Source of the DNA: Massalongia carnosa | Lineage: Eukaryota | DNA length: 64,000 nucleotides | Assembly: GCA_965645245.1 (NCBI GenBank) | Contig: OZ287077.1 | Span: 62,001-126,000, forward strand | Direction of reading: 5' to 3' | Shown: positions 48,247 through 60,040 of the stretch, in pieces | Numbering within the stretch: the first letter of the stretch is position 1 | How the letters are laid out: every line of letters starts with the position of its first letter | The notes under the pieces: model-generated | Database searches by the model: none | What the model was told of the DNA's origin: nothing | The model's input: only the letters and a program-made list of their open reading frames with translations | Made by a program: the position numbers and the translations under genes

Positions 48247-51200
48247 ATGCCAGATAAAGACTTGTGCCTATTATCTCTCGATGGAGGTGGAGTGCGAGGG
48301 CTATCGTCACTCGCAATCCTCAAGCGACTGATGGAGATCATCAATCCGGATGCGCCGCCGAAGCCATGCGAGTATTTCAACATGATCGGAGGGACAAGTA
48401 CCGGTGGATTGATTGCTATCATGCTAGGTCGCCTTGAGATGAACATTGATGAATGTATCGATGCTTATGTCGCTTTGTTCGATCAAGTGTTTCAAAAAAA
48501 GTGGCATCGTGTCACAATAAACGGACACGTACAAGGGAGATTCGACACAGAAGAGCTGGAACGGTCGATTCGAGAAATCGTAAAGCGGAAGGACAAGGCA
48601 GGCGAAAATGCTCTCCTCAAAGGATCGGAGAATCAGCATTGCAAAGTGTCAGTGCTTTGGAAGTTGCATTTACAGGTACTATTCTAGTGATATTAACGAA
48701 GGCTAGATTTGTATGCGCCCTGAGCAAAGAGACTGCCGACACAGTCCTTTTCACATCGTATCCTTCTCGAGGATCCTCAGATATGTACCATAAGACACGA
48801 ATTTGGGAGGCAGCTCGAGCCACATCTGCCGCATCATCCTTCTTTGCTCCAATCAGAATTGGCCAGTTTGAAGAAGAATTTGTCGACGGGGCTGTGGGGG
48901 CTAACAATCCTGTCGCACAGCTTTGGAACGAGGCCAAAAGTGTGTGGTCAGATGAAGCGCTTGAGGGAAACATTAAATGCCTGATATCTATCGGTACCGG
49001 TGTTCCATCCTTGGATTCTTATGGCTCAAGCCCCTTCGAGATTGCAAAAATATTGAAAGACATTGCGACAGAGACAGAAAAAACAGCGGAGTCTTTTCAT
49101 CGAGCACATTCAAATCTCGACGATGGGAATCGCTATTTTCGTTTCAATGTTTCTCATGGGCTTGAGAGTATTGGACTCGAAGATGGAGCACAGAAGAACA
49201 AGATTATGGCCGCCACAACCCGCTATGTGGCTTCAGAAAGCGTGATGAAACAAATGAAGCTCTGCGGAAATAACCTTTCCACACGAGAATGTACGTTAAT
49301 GTTTCCTTGATAATCTTTGATTTACTTAATCTTTGAATAGATTCTGGTCCATACAAAGTGCCATTCAGTTTGAAAGGCCAACCCCTTGTACCCAAATTCG
49401 TAGCTCGTGATCAGGAAATGAATGACCTTAAGGAAAACCTTTTCCCCAAGCCAACTCGTGAGACTCGCCGGAAGGTGTTCGTTTTGCACGGACTTGGCGG
49501 CTCCGGCAAGACTCAGCTAGCAATCGAGTTCGCTCAAATATCACAGAAGATTTTCAGTTCAATTTTTTGGCTAAACGGCGATAGTAAGGAAAGTGTACGT
49601 CAAAGTATTGCTCAGATTGGTCGAAAATTGCCCAAAGATAAAGTTCCGGATTTTTGTAGAAGATTCTCCAAAACATCCCCTGAAGAGCTAACTGAAATCA
49701 TCAATAATATTCTATTTTGGTTCAATCAACCGGAGAACAACCGATGGCTTCTCATTTTCGATAACGTCGATCGTGATAATTCGCTTGAGGCAGATGATCC
49801 TCAATCATATGATGTAAAAGAATTTTTCCCAGAAGCCAATCACGGCTCTATTTTAATCACAAGCCGATTACGACAGCTGCGACAATATGGGCATGACCGG
49901 CAACTTGGGAGAATGAGCGATCTACAAGGAGCAGAAGTATTACGATACAGGATAGGACGATCAATCGAAGGTAATGAAAAGCAAGCAACAGTCTTAGTCC
50001 AATTCACTAAGCAAGCATTATATAGGCCTTGACAGAATCGTCGAGAAAGTGGGTGGTCTTCCACTTGCACTTGCTCATGCAGGCTCCTATATTCACGGAA
50101 CGGCTACAAGTGTGAACGACTATATTCGATACTATGAAGAGACTTGGGAGAAGCTTCACGACAACAAAGTCACGCGATTAAAAGATTATCCCCGTAACAT
50201 TTTGTCTACGTACACCATTTCTTACGAATATGTGCGAAGCACTGACGCGAGCGCTGCAAAGTTGCTTGATCTGTTTGCATATCTCGATCACTCAGATTTA
50301 TGGTATTCTTTATTCACGCCTGTACTCCGCGAAAGCATGGTCCCAAAAGAGACATTACCCACCTGGTTTTTATGTAGCATGAAAACGGAGTTTGACTTTA
50401 CACAGAAGATTCGAATACTGCTGGACTACTCTTTGATAGAAACACGATATGAGATCTCATCGTATGCGATTCATCCAATTATACATGACTGGTGTTTTCA
50501 CTTGAGTCGGACCTCTAAGGACGATATAGCTTCTTTAGCAGTTTCTGTAATCGGTTCGGCATGTCATTCCACTGACAGTTCAGCAAACTGGCTGTATCGA
50601 AAACGACTGCTTGATCATTGTAGCCATGTTCACTTCTGCATTGGGAAAAGAACTCAAAACCTTGAAAGCGATGAGAGATGGAAACTATATTTTTCATATC
50701 ATGCTATTGGTAATTTTTCAAGCGAACAAGGCAAGATGAAAGAAGCCGAAGACATGTACTTGCGAGCATTGACAGGATACGAAAAGGCCTGGGGTCCTGA
50801 GCACACATCGACACTCAACACAGTCAACAATCTGGGACTTCTGTACTCGGATCAAGGCAAGATGAAAGAAGCCGAAGACATGTACTTGCGAGCATTGACA
50901 GGATACGAAAAGGCCTGGGGTCCTGAGCACACATCGACACTCGATACAGTCCACAATCTGGGAAACCTGTACAAGAATCAAGGCAAGATGAAAGAAGCCG
51001 AAGACATGTACTTGCGAGCATTGACAGGATACGAAAAGGCCTGGGGTCCTGAGCACACATCGACACTCGATACAGTCCACAATCTGGGAAACCTGTACAA
51101 GAATCAAGGCAAGATGAAAGAAGCCGAAGACATGTACTTGCGAGCATTGACAGGATACGAAAAGGCCTGGGGTCCTGAGCACACATCGACACTCGATACA

Positions 51201-52271
51201 GTCAACAATCTGGGAAACCTGTACAAGAATCAAGGCAAGATGAAAGAAGCCGAAGACATGTACTTGCGAGCATTGACAGGATACGAAAAGGCCTGGGGTC
51301 CTGAGCACACATCGACACTCAACACAGTCAACAATCTGGGAGTTCTGTACAAGCATCAAGGCAAGATGAAAGAAGCCGAAGACATGTACTTGCGAGCATT
51401 GACAGGAAAGGAAAAGGCCTGGGGTCCTGAGCACACATCGACACTCGATACAGTCAACAATCTGGGAGCTCTGTACTCGGATCAAGGCAAGATGAAAGAA
51501 GCCGAAGACATGTACTTGCGAGCATTGACAGGATACGAAAAGGCCTGGGGTCCTGAGCACACATCGACACTCGATACAGTCAACAATCTGGGACTTCTGT
51601 ACAAGCATCAAGGCAAGATGAAAGAAGCCGAAGACATGTACTTGCGAGCATTGACAGGAAAGGAAAAGGCCTGGGGTCCTGAGCACACATCGACACTCAA
51701 CACAGTCAACAATATTGGACTTCTGTACAAGCATCAAGGCAAGATGAAAGAAGCCGAAGACATGTACTTGCGAGCATTGACAGGATACGAAAAGGCCTGG
51801 GGTCCTGAGCACACATCGACACTCGATACAGTCAACAATCTGGGAAACCTGTACTCGGATCAAGGCAAGATGAAAGAAGCCGAAGACATGTACTTGCGAG
51901 CATTGACAGGATACGAAAAGGCCTGGGGTCCTGAGCACACATCGACACTCAACACAGTCTACAATCTGGGACTTCTGTACAAGCATCAAGGCAAGATGAA
52001 AGAAGCCGGAGACATGTACTTGCGAGCATTGACAGGAAAGGAAAAGGCCTGGGGTCCTGAGCACACATCGACACTCGATACAGTCAACAATCTGGGAAAC
52101 CTGTACTCGGTCCAAGGCAAGATGAAAGAAGCCGAAGACATGTACTTGCGAGCATTGACAGGATACGAAAAGGCCTGGGGTCCTGAGCACACATCGACAC
52201 TCAACACAGTCAACAATCTGGGAGCTCTGTACTCGGACCAAGGCAAGATGAAAGAAGCCGAAGACATGTAA
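48247..52271 (+). CDS. Fungal NLR: patatin-like phospholipase / NB-ARC / TPR repeats; introns 48648-48706, 49291-49340, 49971-50025
   Basis: LSLDGGGVRG, GTSTG, FVDGA patatin motifs; GLGGSGKT P-loop, WLLIFDNVD, ILITSR, GGLPLAL; all three introns restore the frame. Confidence 0.93.
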
Positions 52272-52403
52272 TTGCGAGCATTGACAGGATACGAAAAGGC
52301 CTGGGGTCCTGAGCACACATCGACACTCAACACAGTCAACAATCTGGGGCTTCTGTACAAGCATCAAGGCAAGATGAAAGAAGCCGAAGACATGTACTTG
52401 CGA
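50727..52403 (+). repeat. 13 full plus one partial 126-bp (42-aa) TPR repeats
   Basis: caaggcaagatgaaagaagcc recurs every 126 bp from 50727 to 52365; TAC>TAA stop in unit 13. Confidence 0.97.
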
Positions 52404-53559
52404 TGCTTCTTGAAGAGTTAGAGATCAAGGTATGTTCCTCTTCTCCGAATCAAAGAATTTCTATCACTAAACTCCTCTCATAATAGATTGTAGAAGCACC
52501 GTAATGAAGAGTAACGTACTTTGTTTGTGCCCAGTGCGAGTTAACCAAAAAACGAAAGTGTCTTTTCATCTACCGTCACTCAGGTAACACCCCCGATTTC
52601 GGAATCAGTGACAATTCTTCGCCTTGCACAAACTCAGGAGGAGTTCCAAGAAATGCTTGATAGTGTTAAATCTATTGGTCCGATCTCCTCAGAAGTCCCT
52701 GCCCCTTCAGGCCTTACGAATCCAGACTTACTCTTATCCGACCCACCTTCTCAAGCCGAACTTCTGACAACCGCAACCTCCTCTCCTTCAACAAGCACTT
52801 CCCAAGAATATTACCTCAAGAGACACCTCACTGCCAGACATATTCATCTAAAACCCACAATATCTTCTCACATACCTCCCAATCCTTCTCCCATAGTAAC
52901 ACCAAAGTCATACTGTGACTTAACATAAGGAGAACCCATCTGGCAATCAATCTGTCAACCAAGTAATTTCGGGTAAATGGTTTTACCGAGGGACTCGGCG
53001 GGTAGACTCGATAGAATTTTCTCATCTTTTCCTGAGAACAATAATCCATTCATGTATCAATTAATTTATCAACACTTATTCAACCCGATCTGGGGCGTAA
53101 ACTCCATTCATTACTAGATGACAGTAGATCTAGATCCTAACACAATCTTATACTCAGACATATTTATGAACACCGGCACTACCCATCTGCATCTACACGA
53201 CATCCGAATCTCTATGATGTAGAATCTGGAGCTATCGCACGATTCAGAATAGGCTAGGCTTTGGATCTTAATGATGCGTCTTTGATCCTCAAAATCTCAC
53301 AGTATGTTATAATATTTCCAGATGTTACTGTTCAAGCATTCTGGAAGCTGGAACAAGCCACAGCGACCAGCTATGAGACGAGAGCAATAGTCTCCTATGT
53401 GAACATTAGGATGGTGAAAGGGATGCTTGTTACGCTACAATACATAGAATACTAGGCAGACCAACCTAGCCACTCTTATGTGTATAAAGATAAATTCAAA
53501 GAAAAAGTCTCTCGAGGTCATCAATATAATTAGGAAGATTCGCCTTGTCTCCCTCTATG

Positions 53560-53745
53560 GTATCCTTCTTCTTTTTTTCATAGTAATGAGCATTGCGAGC
53601 GACCCTGAACTTCCGGAATAATTCAGGAGCATCAATATCGTATTCTTCCAACTTGTACCAGGAACTTGGCACGTTGTTTCCCTTTCTTTCCTTTTTTCTT
53701 CTTTTCGCCCAAGATTTCCTCAATTTCCCACTCTTCCTGACCTAA
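53560..53745 (-). pseudogene. Chromodomain-like fragment
   Basis: GQEEWEIEEILGE...KFLV..; after a frameshift, EEYDIDAPELFRKF. Confidence 0.5.
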
Positions 53746-54192
53746 AGCTATGACAAATTTGGTTTGTGATTGCCTGCTCCGCTCGTACATCGCATCTTTG
53801 TCAGCTGCTGGCAAGTAAATGGAAGTAATCGAGGTCGAACGACTATCAGGAGAGGTTATTGATATTGAGTCTCGGCGGTGGTATTCGATCGAGTTGTAGT
53901 TGCTTGCGCGAGATATTACGCTACCATCAGTGTCTTCGCTGAAAGTGCAATAGGAAATGACGGCGATGCTGACGCTTCCGAGCTGGATTCTGCTGGGAAT
54001 GCAGTTTGCGTTTCCTCGTGATATGTGGCTTCTTAATCGTATTTCTATCACTTTCTATATTATCTTCTTGATCATCGCTCCTATCTCTTTTGCCGTCATA
54101 TGACGTCTTACTATTTTTGTTCCTTTGCTCTAAGCCATTACTGATGAGCATCGAAGGGAGAGGTCGCAAAGGTTTATTGCACGATTCGTCCG

Positions 54193-54739
54193 TGTAATAG
54201 CGCGGCAATACAGGAGTACGCTAGCTCCTGGGATGACTCACCCAAGAAGACCGGGTGACTGATAATCCGGATGCTTAGTCATGATAAGGCGGATAGCAAT
54301 ACTAAGCCATCAGCAATCAGCCTTACCAGTTTGTTAGGCAGCAACTGAAGCTATTCAGATAAGCCTCGATCTCATGGGAGGCCTGGGACGCCTAGGAGAC
54401 CTCAGCTGAAGGCAACAAGGCTATCTGCTAGACCTCAGCTGAAGGCAACAAGGTTATCTGCTAGACCTCAGCTGAAGGCAGCAAGGCTATCTACTAGACC
54501 TCAACTGAAGGCAACAAGGCAGACAGGTAACCAGACAAGTAGTTAGTAAATAGGACCCCAAGGGGTATATAGAAAGCTCGATTCCCATCTTCAGGGAATC
54601 AGCTTTTAGCTTTAGCACCTACCAATCTATTAGCAGTCACACTGAGCATTATAACCCATAAGGACTAGTGTCTACTGTCCCTCTTATAGTCCGTCAGTTC
54701 TATTTCTTCATCCGAGGATGCTGATATAAGGCAATGACA
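54193..54739. repeat. Probable solo LTR (~547 bp) with four 33-bp tandem units
   Basis: TG...CA ends, flanks cgtccg/cttccg, TATA-like ggggtatataga, agacctcagctgaaggcaacaagg x4 at ~54397-54520. Confidence 0.55.
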
Positions 54740-55706
54740 CTTCCGAGAGTTATTGCTGATATTATCGAGAGCCTCGGCGCCCTGAGAAGTCTTTCCAGTT
54801 ATTATCTTCGAAGCGGTCAAGTCCTCAGGTCTGTTGTTCGGGGGACGAGAGTTGCCGTAAAATGATGATAGGGGTAGTTGAGCTTTTTTTGAACTGCTGA
54901 AAGTCGTTTGTTAAAAAGAACAGATTTTAAAAGACATTGTGAATAATGTCGAGTTCTATTTATAAAATCAATTTCTGATAAAAAAAATTTATATAGGCTG
55001 TCTGCGTTTGAGTTTGATACGATGAATGACGATTATTTGTTCAACTTCTACCAGCATTGCCTAGCCGATAGATTAGATAAGATCTAATCTAATCTAATCG
55101 CATAGAGGCTCGGATAAACTATTATCATCTCGCTTAGCAGAGGCGACCAACATAAAAGGAACAGATTGCTCTGCACTCCGTAGCAACTCTGCATCCTTAA
55201 CATCATGGTCATACAGGCCCCTATCTTTACATAGTCATATAGCCATAGTCATAGACCTATTCAACAGGTTATGAGCCCGGAAGGGCGCTATCGATCATAC
55301 AGGAATCGAAGCAATTCTTATCCGCAGCATCACGATGCGAAATCATTAGCTGAGCATCATTATCCTTTCTCGAAAAGAACTAGACGGACAATGCAAAGAC
55401 TAAATCTCTACTTGTTTACAGACCTGAATCAGGCGGGATTCGCACCTGCAAGTCTAGCTAGTTGAACAGCTTCGTGAAAGTACATCATGACAACCTCTCA
55501 ATCAGATAGAGACGTTTAACAACAACGCCACCTGATCCAGCGTTCCCTACCTACAAAGGATTATCAGAAAGAGCATGGAAATCATCTACATTATAAGCAG
55601 AGAGGCTCTTTGCCAGACTACAAGCATCAGAAGACATTCTCTTCATATCAGACCATCAGAATGCTCTCATGCCCGAATATCTGAGAGGCACTCCGGAGGA
55701 TGACGT

Positions 55707-56360
55707 TGACCCAGAGGCAGACTCCAGTGGACCAATTCCATTGTTTGGCCTCTGCTGCATCACCATCCATTTGACTTTTGACCCAGAGGCAGACTCCAGT
55801 GGACTAGCTCCAAGGTTTGACCTCTGCTGCATCATCACTCATTTGACATTGACCCAGAGACAGACTCCAGTGGACCAGTTCCAATGAGTGATCTCTGCTG
55901 CATCATCATTCATTTGACTTTGACCCAGAGACAGAACTCCAGTGGACCAGTTCCAATGAGTGACCTCTGCTGCATCATCATTCATTTGACTTTGACCCAG
56001 AGACAGAACTCCAGTGGACCAGTTCCAACGATTGACCTCTGCTGCATCATCATTCATTTGACTTTGACCCAGGAACAGACCTTTTCACTGAGTTTTGTTC
56101 AAAAAGCGCGCAGCGCAGCCCTGACCACTCATGAAACTCTGATTTCTGCTGAATCATCAATTGACTGACGTTGACCCAAGGGCAGACTTCATTCTGACTT
56201 TTGCTGCATCACCACTCAACTTACTTTGACCGACCCAGAGACCGACCATCTAAACTATCTTTCAGGGTCCGATTTCTGCTGAATCATCAAATGACTGACG
56301 TTGACCCAAGGGCAGACTTCATTCTGACTTTTGCTGCATCACCACTCAACATACTTTGAT
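55707..56360. repeat. Tandem array in the Copia F leader: five ~72-bp units plus two longer variant units
   Basis: tgacccagag..cagactccagtggacc...ctctgctgcatca at 55707, 55779, 55850, 55921, 55993. Confidence 0.9.
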
Positions 56361-57197
56361 CCTATTGTATTTGAAGCTCTGCTGGCATAGTAAAAAGCTC
56401 ACTTTTGAAACGATTGATCTTTCTATCTACCTATCTAAGGACCGTGTTTATATAGATAGAAAAACATGCCGAAAACCGTTCTCCCTATGACTCACCTTCC
56501 TGCTTCCTAGAAATCTAAGCTTGGTGATTGACTCATATCCAATTTATGACTCGATGGGAATGTTCATAGAAGTTTTGCGGTGCTTCTCGAGGTCGTTATG
56601 TGTTGCCTAATGTTCTTACCAACGCACTAATCCCAATGCGGTACCATGTGACTCTGAACACTTTACTAGGCATCAGCCGGGTGACTTTGCACATTACAAC
56701 AGATCCAGAGACAGACTTCGGAAATTCAATTCCAAGGTTTGGTCCTTGCTGCATCATTCATTAACAGACTTTCTGACTAGTCTACGCGTATACAGATAGA
56801 GTAATCAGACTTCAATTAAGCAGAACGCCTCAATCGGGAAATTCGGAATCCGGAAAAACCCTTATTCCATTTAACAGGCCCGGCCTGTTAAATGGAACGG
56901 TCGGACCGTGGTTCCGGCAGCCCCTATCTCCACACCACCAAGTGAAAGTTCCACCATCTGAAGAGAGTTCTTTCATGAGGGTACAAGCGTTGTGGCAAAG
57001 AAAGGAACATCACAGTTTGATGACAAAGGAAGGGAAATATTTTGTCTATAACTAGATCACATATTCCTATCTCCATTCATTCCAGTGCACATCCTACTCC
57101 TACACCAATCTCAGAAACTTAGATACCTTTCAATCTACAGAAGTTTACTAGAGACCTCTTCTTCATCTTCATCTGACTCTCTTCATCTGACTTCATC

Positions 57198-58133
57198 ATG
57201 TCTCTTCCTGACATAAATAGTTCCACAGAGAAGCCTCACTTTCTAGAGAACTCGGAACACTACTCAGCATGGGCTAGTTACACCAGAGGTATTCTGTTGA
57301 AGAATAACTGTGACACAGCTATTCTGGAAACCCAACCAGAGATCTCATTGGACTCCATCAGAGAGAGCCTCATCGTATCAGGGTTTACTCTGGCCAGTCT
57401 TACTACCAGCATCCTCGTCAAAGAACTTCGACATGATAAGAACAGATAGAAAACCGAGATGACCAAGGCTATTGGAATCATCCATGGACTGGTTGCACCA
57501 TGTCACTACAACCTCATCGATAACAAGACCGCTGCCGAGATGTGGGCCATTCTGAAGAATAGATTCCAGGACGTAGCACCAATGAGCATCACGGATGTCA
57601 TCTTGAGGGTTAGTACGAAAAAGATGAGAGACTTCGACACAGTCAGTCAATACTGTTCAGAGTATGACGGTGCCTTCAATCTGATCAAGGGCATGTTGAT
57701 CGAAGAGGTCAAGGTGAACGTCGACTCCATAGAGTTTGTACTGCAGGGAATGCTGCTTGGTAACTGCACAGACAAGTATGACCCGCTCATTGCACAACTC
57801 CGCAGGGACTGGACGCACGACACCACAAACCTTTCGGAAACAACAAAAATCCTCATAGCCTATGCACGAAACCTAACTGTCAAGGCTTTTCACACTGGCG
57901 CTTCCAACAGAGGTAGAGCACCTATCGGAAGTTGCACCGTTCCAGAGTGTGTAAATAGGAACAGAACACGACATTGGCCAGATGAGTGTTTCCAGAAATT
58001 CCCCCATCCAAAACGGGCGAGAGGAGACACGGCTGAATCAGGGAGGGTCAAGAGACAAAAGAACTCCAAGCCAGAAGTCACCACGTCAACTCCAGACAGC
58101 ACAGTCACTACAATTCCCACAGTGAGCGGTTGA
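57198..58133 (+). pseudogene. Copia F gag (in-frame TAG at 57447; ends in TGA 58131-58133)
   Basis: Similar to Copia A gag (SEHYSAW, EMWAILKNRF, CTVPEC..HWPDECF). Confidence 0.85.
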
Positions 58134-60040
58134 CTCACAGTGGTCATGACTACCACTCTACAGAAGGTCATGACCATCAACCATCTCAACAGAGACACCT
58201 GGCTACTAGACAGCGCAGCGGACATGCACGTATGCATCACAGGCCGTCGTTCATCAACTACATAACACGCTCCACAGGTCTGGCAGGATCTACATCAGAT
58301 GGCAGGTCTCCAGGGAGGGGAATGATCCGGAAAACGTTGGCACTACAGGACGACTCACCCTCGTCAGTGTTAATACTGAACAACGTTCTTTTCATTCCAC
58401 AGTGTCCAGTGAACCTCGTCAGTCTGGCACTACTCAACCAAAACAACATCTACTATGACAATGTTAAATGGACCCTATTCAACGGGATTAGTCAGAACAT
58501 CATAGGCTATGTGCCAAGAGTCAATACAAACTTTGTACTAAAGACCTTGGAAGCCCCAGACGTGGCTACACATCTTATGCAGACAGATGAGAGCACCTTT
58601 CAGTGGCCGAACGCATCAGTCTACCACACGTCAGCCATAACAGACCTGTCAACATGGCATGCGCGTCTTGGTCATTTAAACCTGATCACCTGCCGAACTT
58701 TTCTGAAAGGACTCGATGTGTCGTACTCAGACAACGTGAACAAAGATTGGTACTGTTCATCCTGTGAACTCGGAAAGGCCACTAAGATATACAACCGGAC
58801 ACCTCAGGAGAGAGCAACAGGCATCTTTCAAAAGGTTCATTCCGATCTAGTAGGACCCATCAAACCAGCAGGACTTCTTGAAGAACAGTACTTCTTTACC
58901 TTCACCTGCGATGCCAGCAGATACACTCATGTGTATACAGGCATCAAGAAGAGCGAATGGTTTGATCATCTGTTGACATACTACAGTCTAGCTCAGAACA
59001 AGACAGGAAAGAGCAAGCCAATAAACATCTTTCGAACTGATTTCGGCACAGAACTTCGAAGTCTGAAATCGGATGATTGGTTCCTGAAAGAAGGGATAAC
59101 GTTTGAACCCTCCGCACCGTATTCACAGGAACAAAACGGTGTGTCTGAACGAACAGGCAGAACTATCATGGACATGACTAGATGTACCATCATTGCAGGA
59201 GGCATTCCGGACTACTTATGGACAGAGATGGTTTTAGCTATGGTTCACACAAAAAACGTCAGACCTACAAATGCTTTATCCGGAAAGACCCCATTTGAGA
59301 TTTACGAGTCAAAGTCACCTCCTCTGAATCATCTGCGAGTGTTGGGATCAACCGTATATGTCCTCATTCATGAGGAAGAACGCAAAGGCGCCAACAGCAA
59401 ATCGGCCAAATTTCTACCTCGGGCCCAACGCGGAGTCTTGTGTGGGTACGATGGATGCACGATCTATCGAGTCTTTCTGGAAAAGGACTACAGGGTCATC
59501 AGGGTCAAAGATCTGCGCATTCACGAAGACGCCATCTCCAAAGACCAGACCAACGTTCCTACATACGAGGCCATCATGACTCCCGATACAGTCACTCCAT
59601 CAAAATCAACTGTCATTTCATCCCCCACAACGATTCCAAAACGTGGACGTGGCAGACCCAGAAAGCATGCTCAGATAGAACACGCATTGTCTCTTCTATC
59701 AGACCCAGCTTTAGATGAACCCAATCATACTCCTACATACGATGACATAGACATAGAGGATCCACTCGTTCTTCTTGCTAGAACCTTGGAAAAGGAAGGA
59801 TCATCAGGATTGGAAGACTATGACGCACTGTCTCAACTCGACATAGCTGAACCTCAGACATACCATCAAGCTATGAAAGGTCCACATTCAGAAAGCTGGA
59901 GTCGTTCCATGGACAATGAACACAACAGTCTTCTCGAGAACGAAACATGGACTCTTGTCATAACCGAGGATATGGAGCCCAATCATACTGCTCTCAGTGG
60001 AAAATGGGTATAAAAACTGAAACGAGACGTCAATGGAAAT

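Noticed and set aside
45175..52271. Starship element (YR captain plus patatin/NLR cargo)
   Set aside because: The recombinase has Crypton Ndc10/GCR1_C motifs, not recognisably DUF3435; no Starship boundary seen. The window could still lie inside a larger element
50718..52367. 549-aa Cys-rich antisense ORF
   Set aside because: Mirror of the TPR tandem array; open only because the repeat unit has no stop in that frame
50727..52403. CRISPR-like periodic array
   Set aside because: Coding 126-bp tandem units with no unique spacers, in a eukaryotic gene
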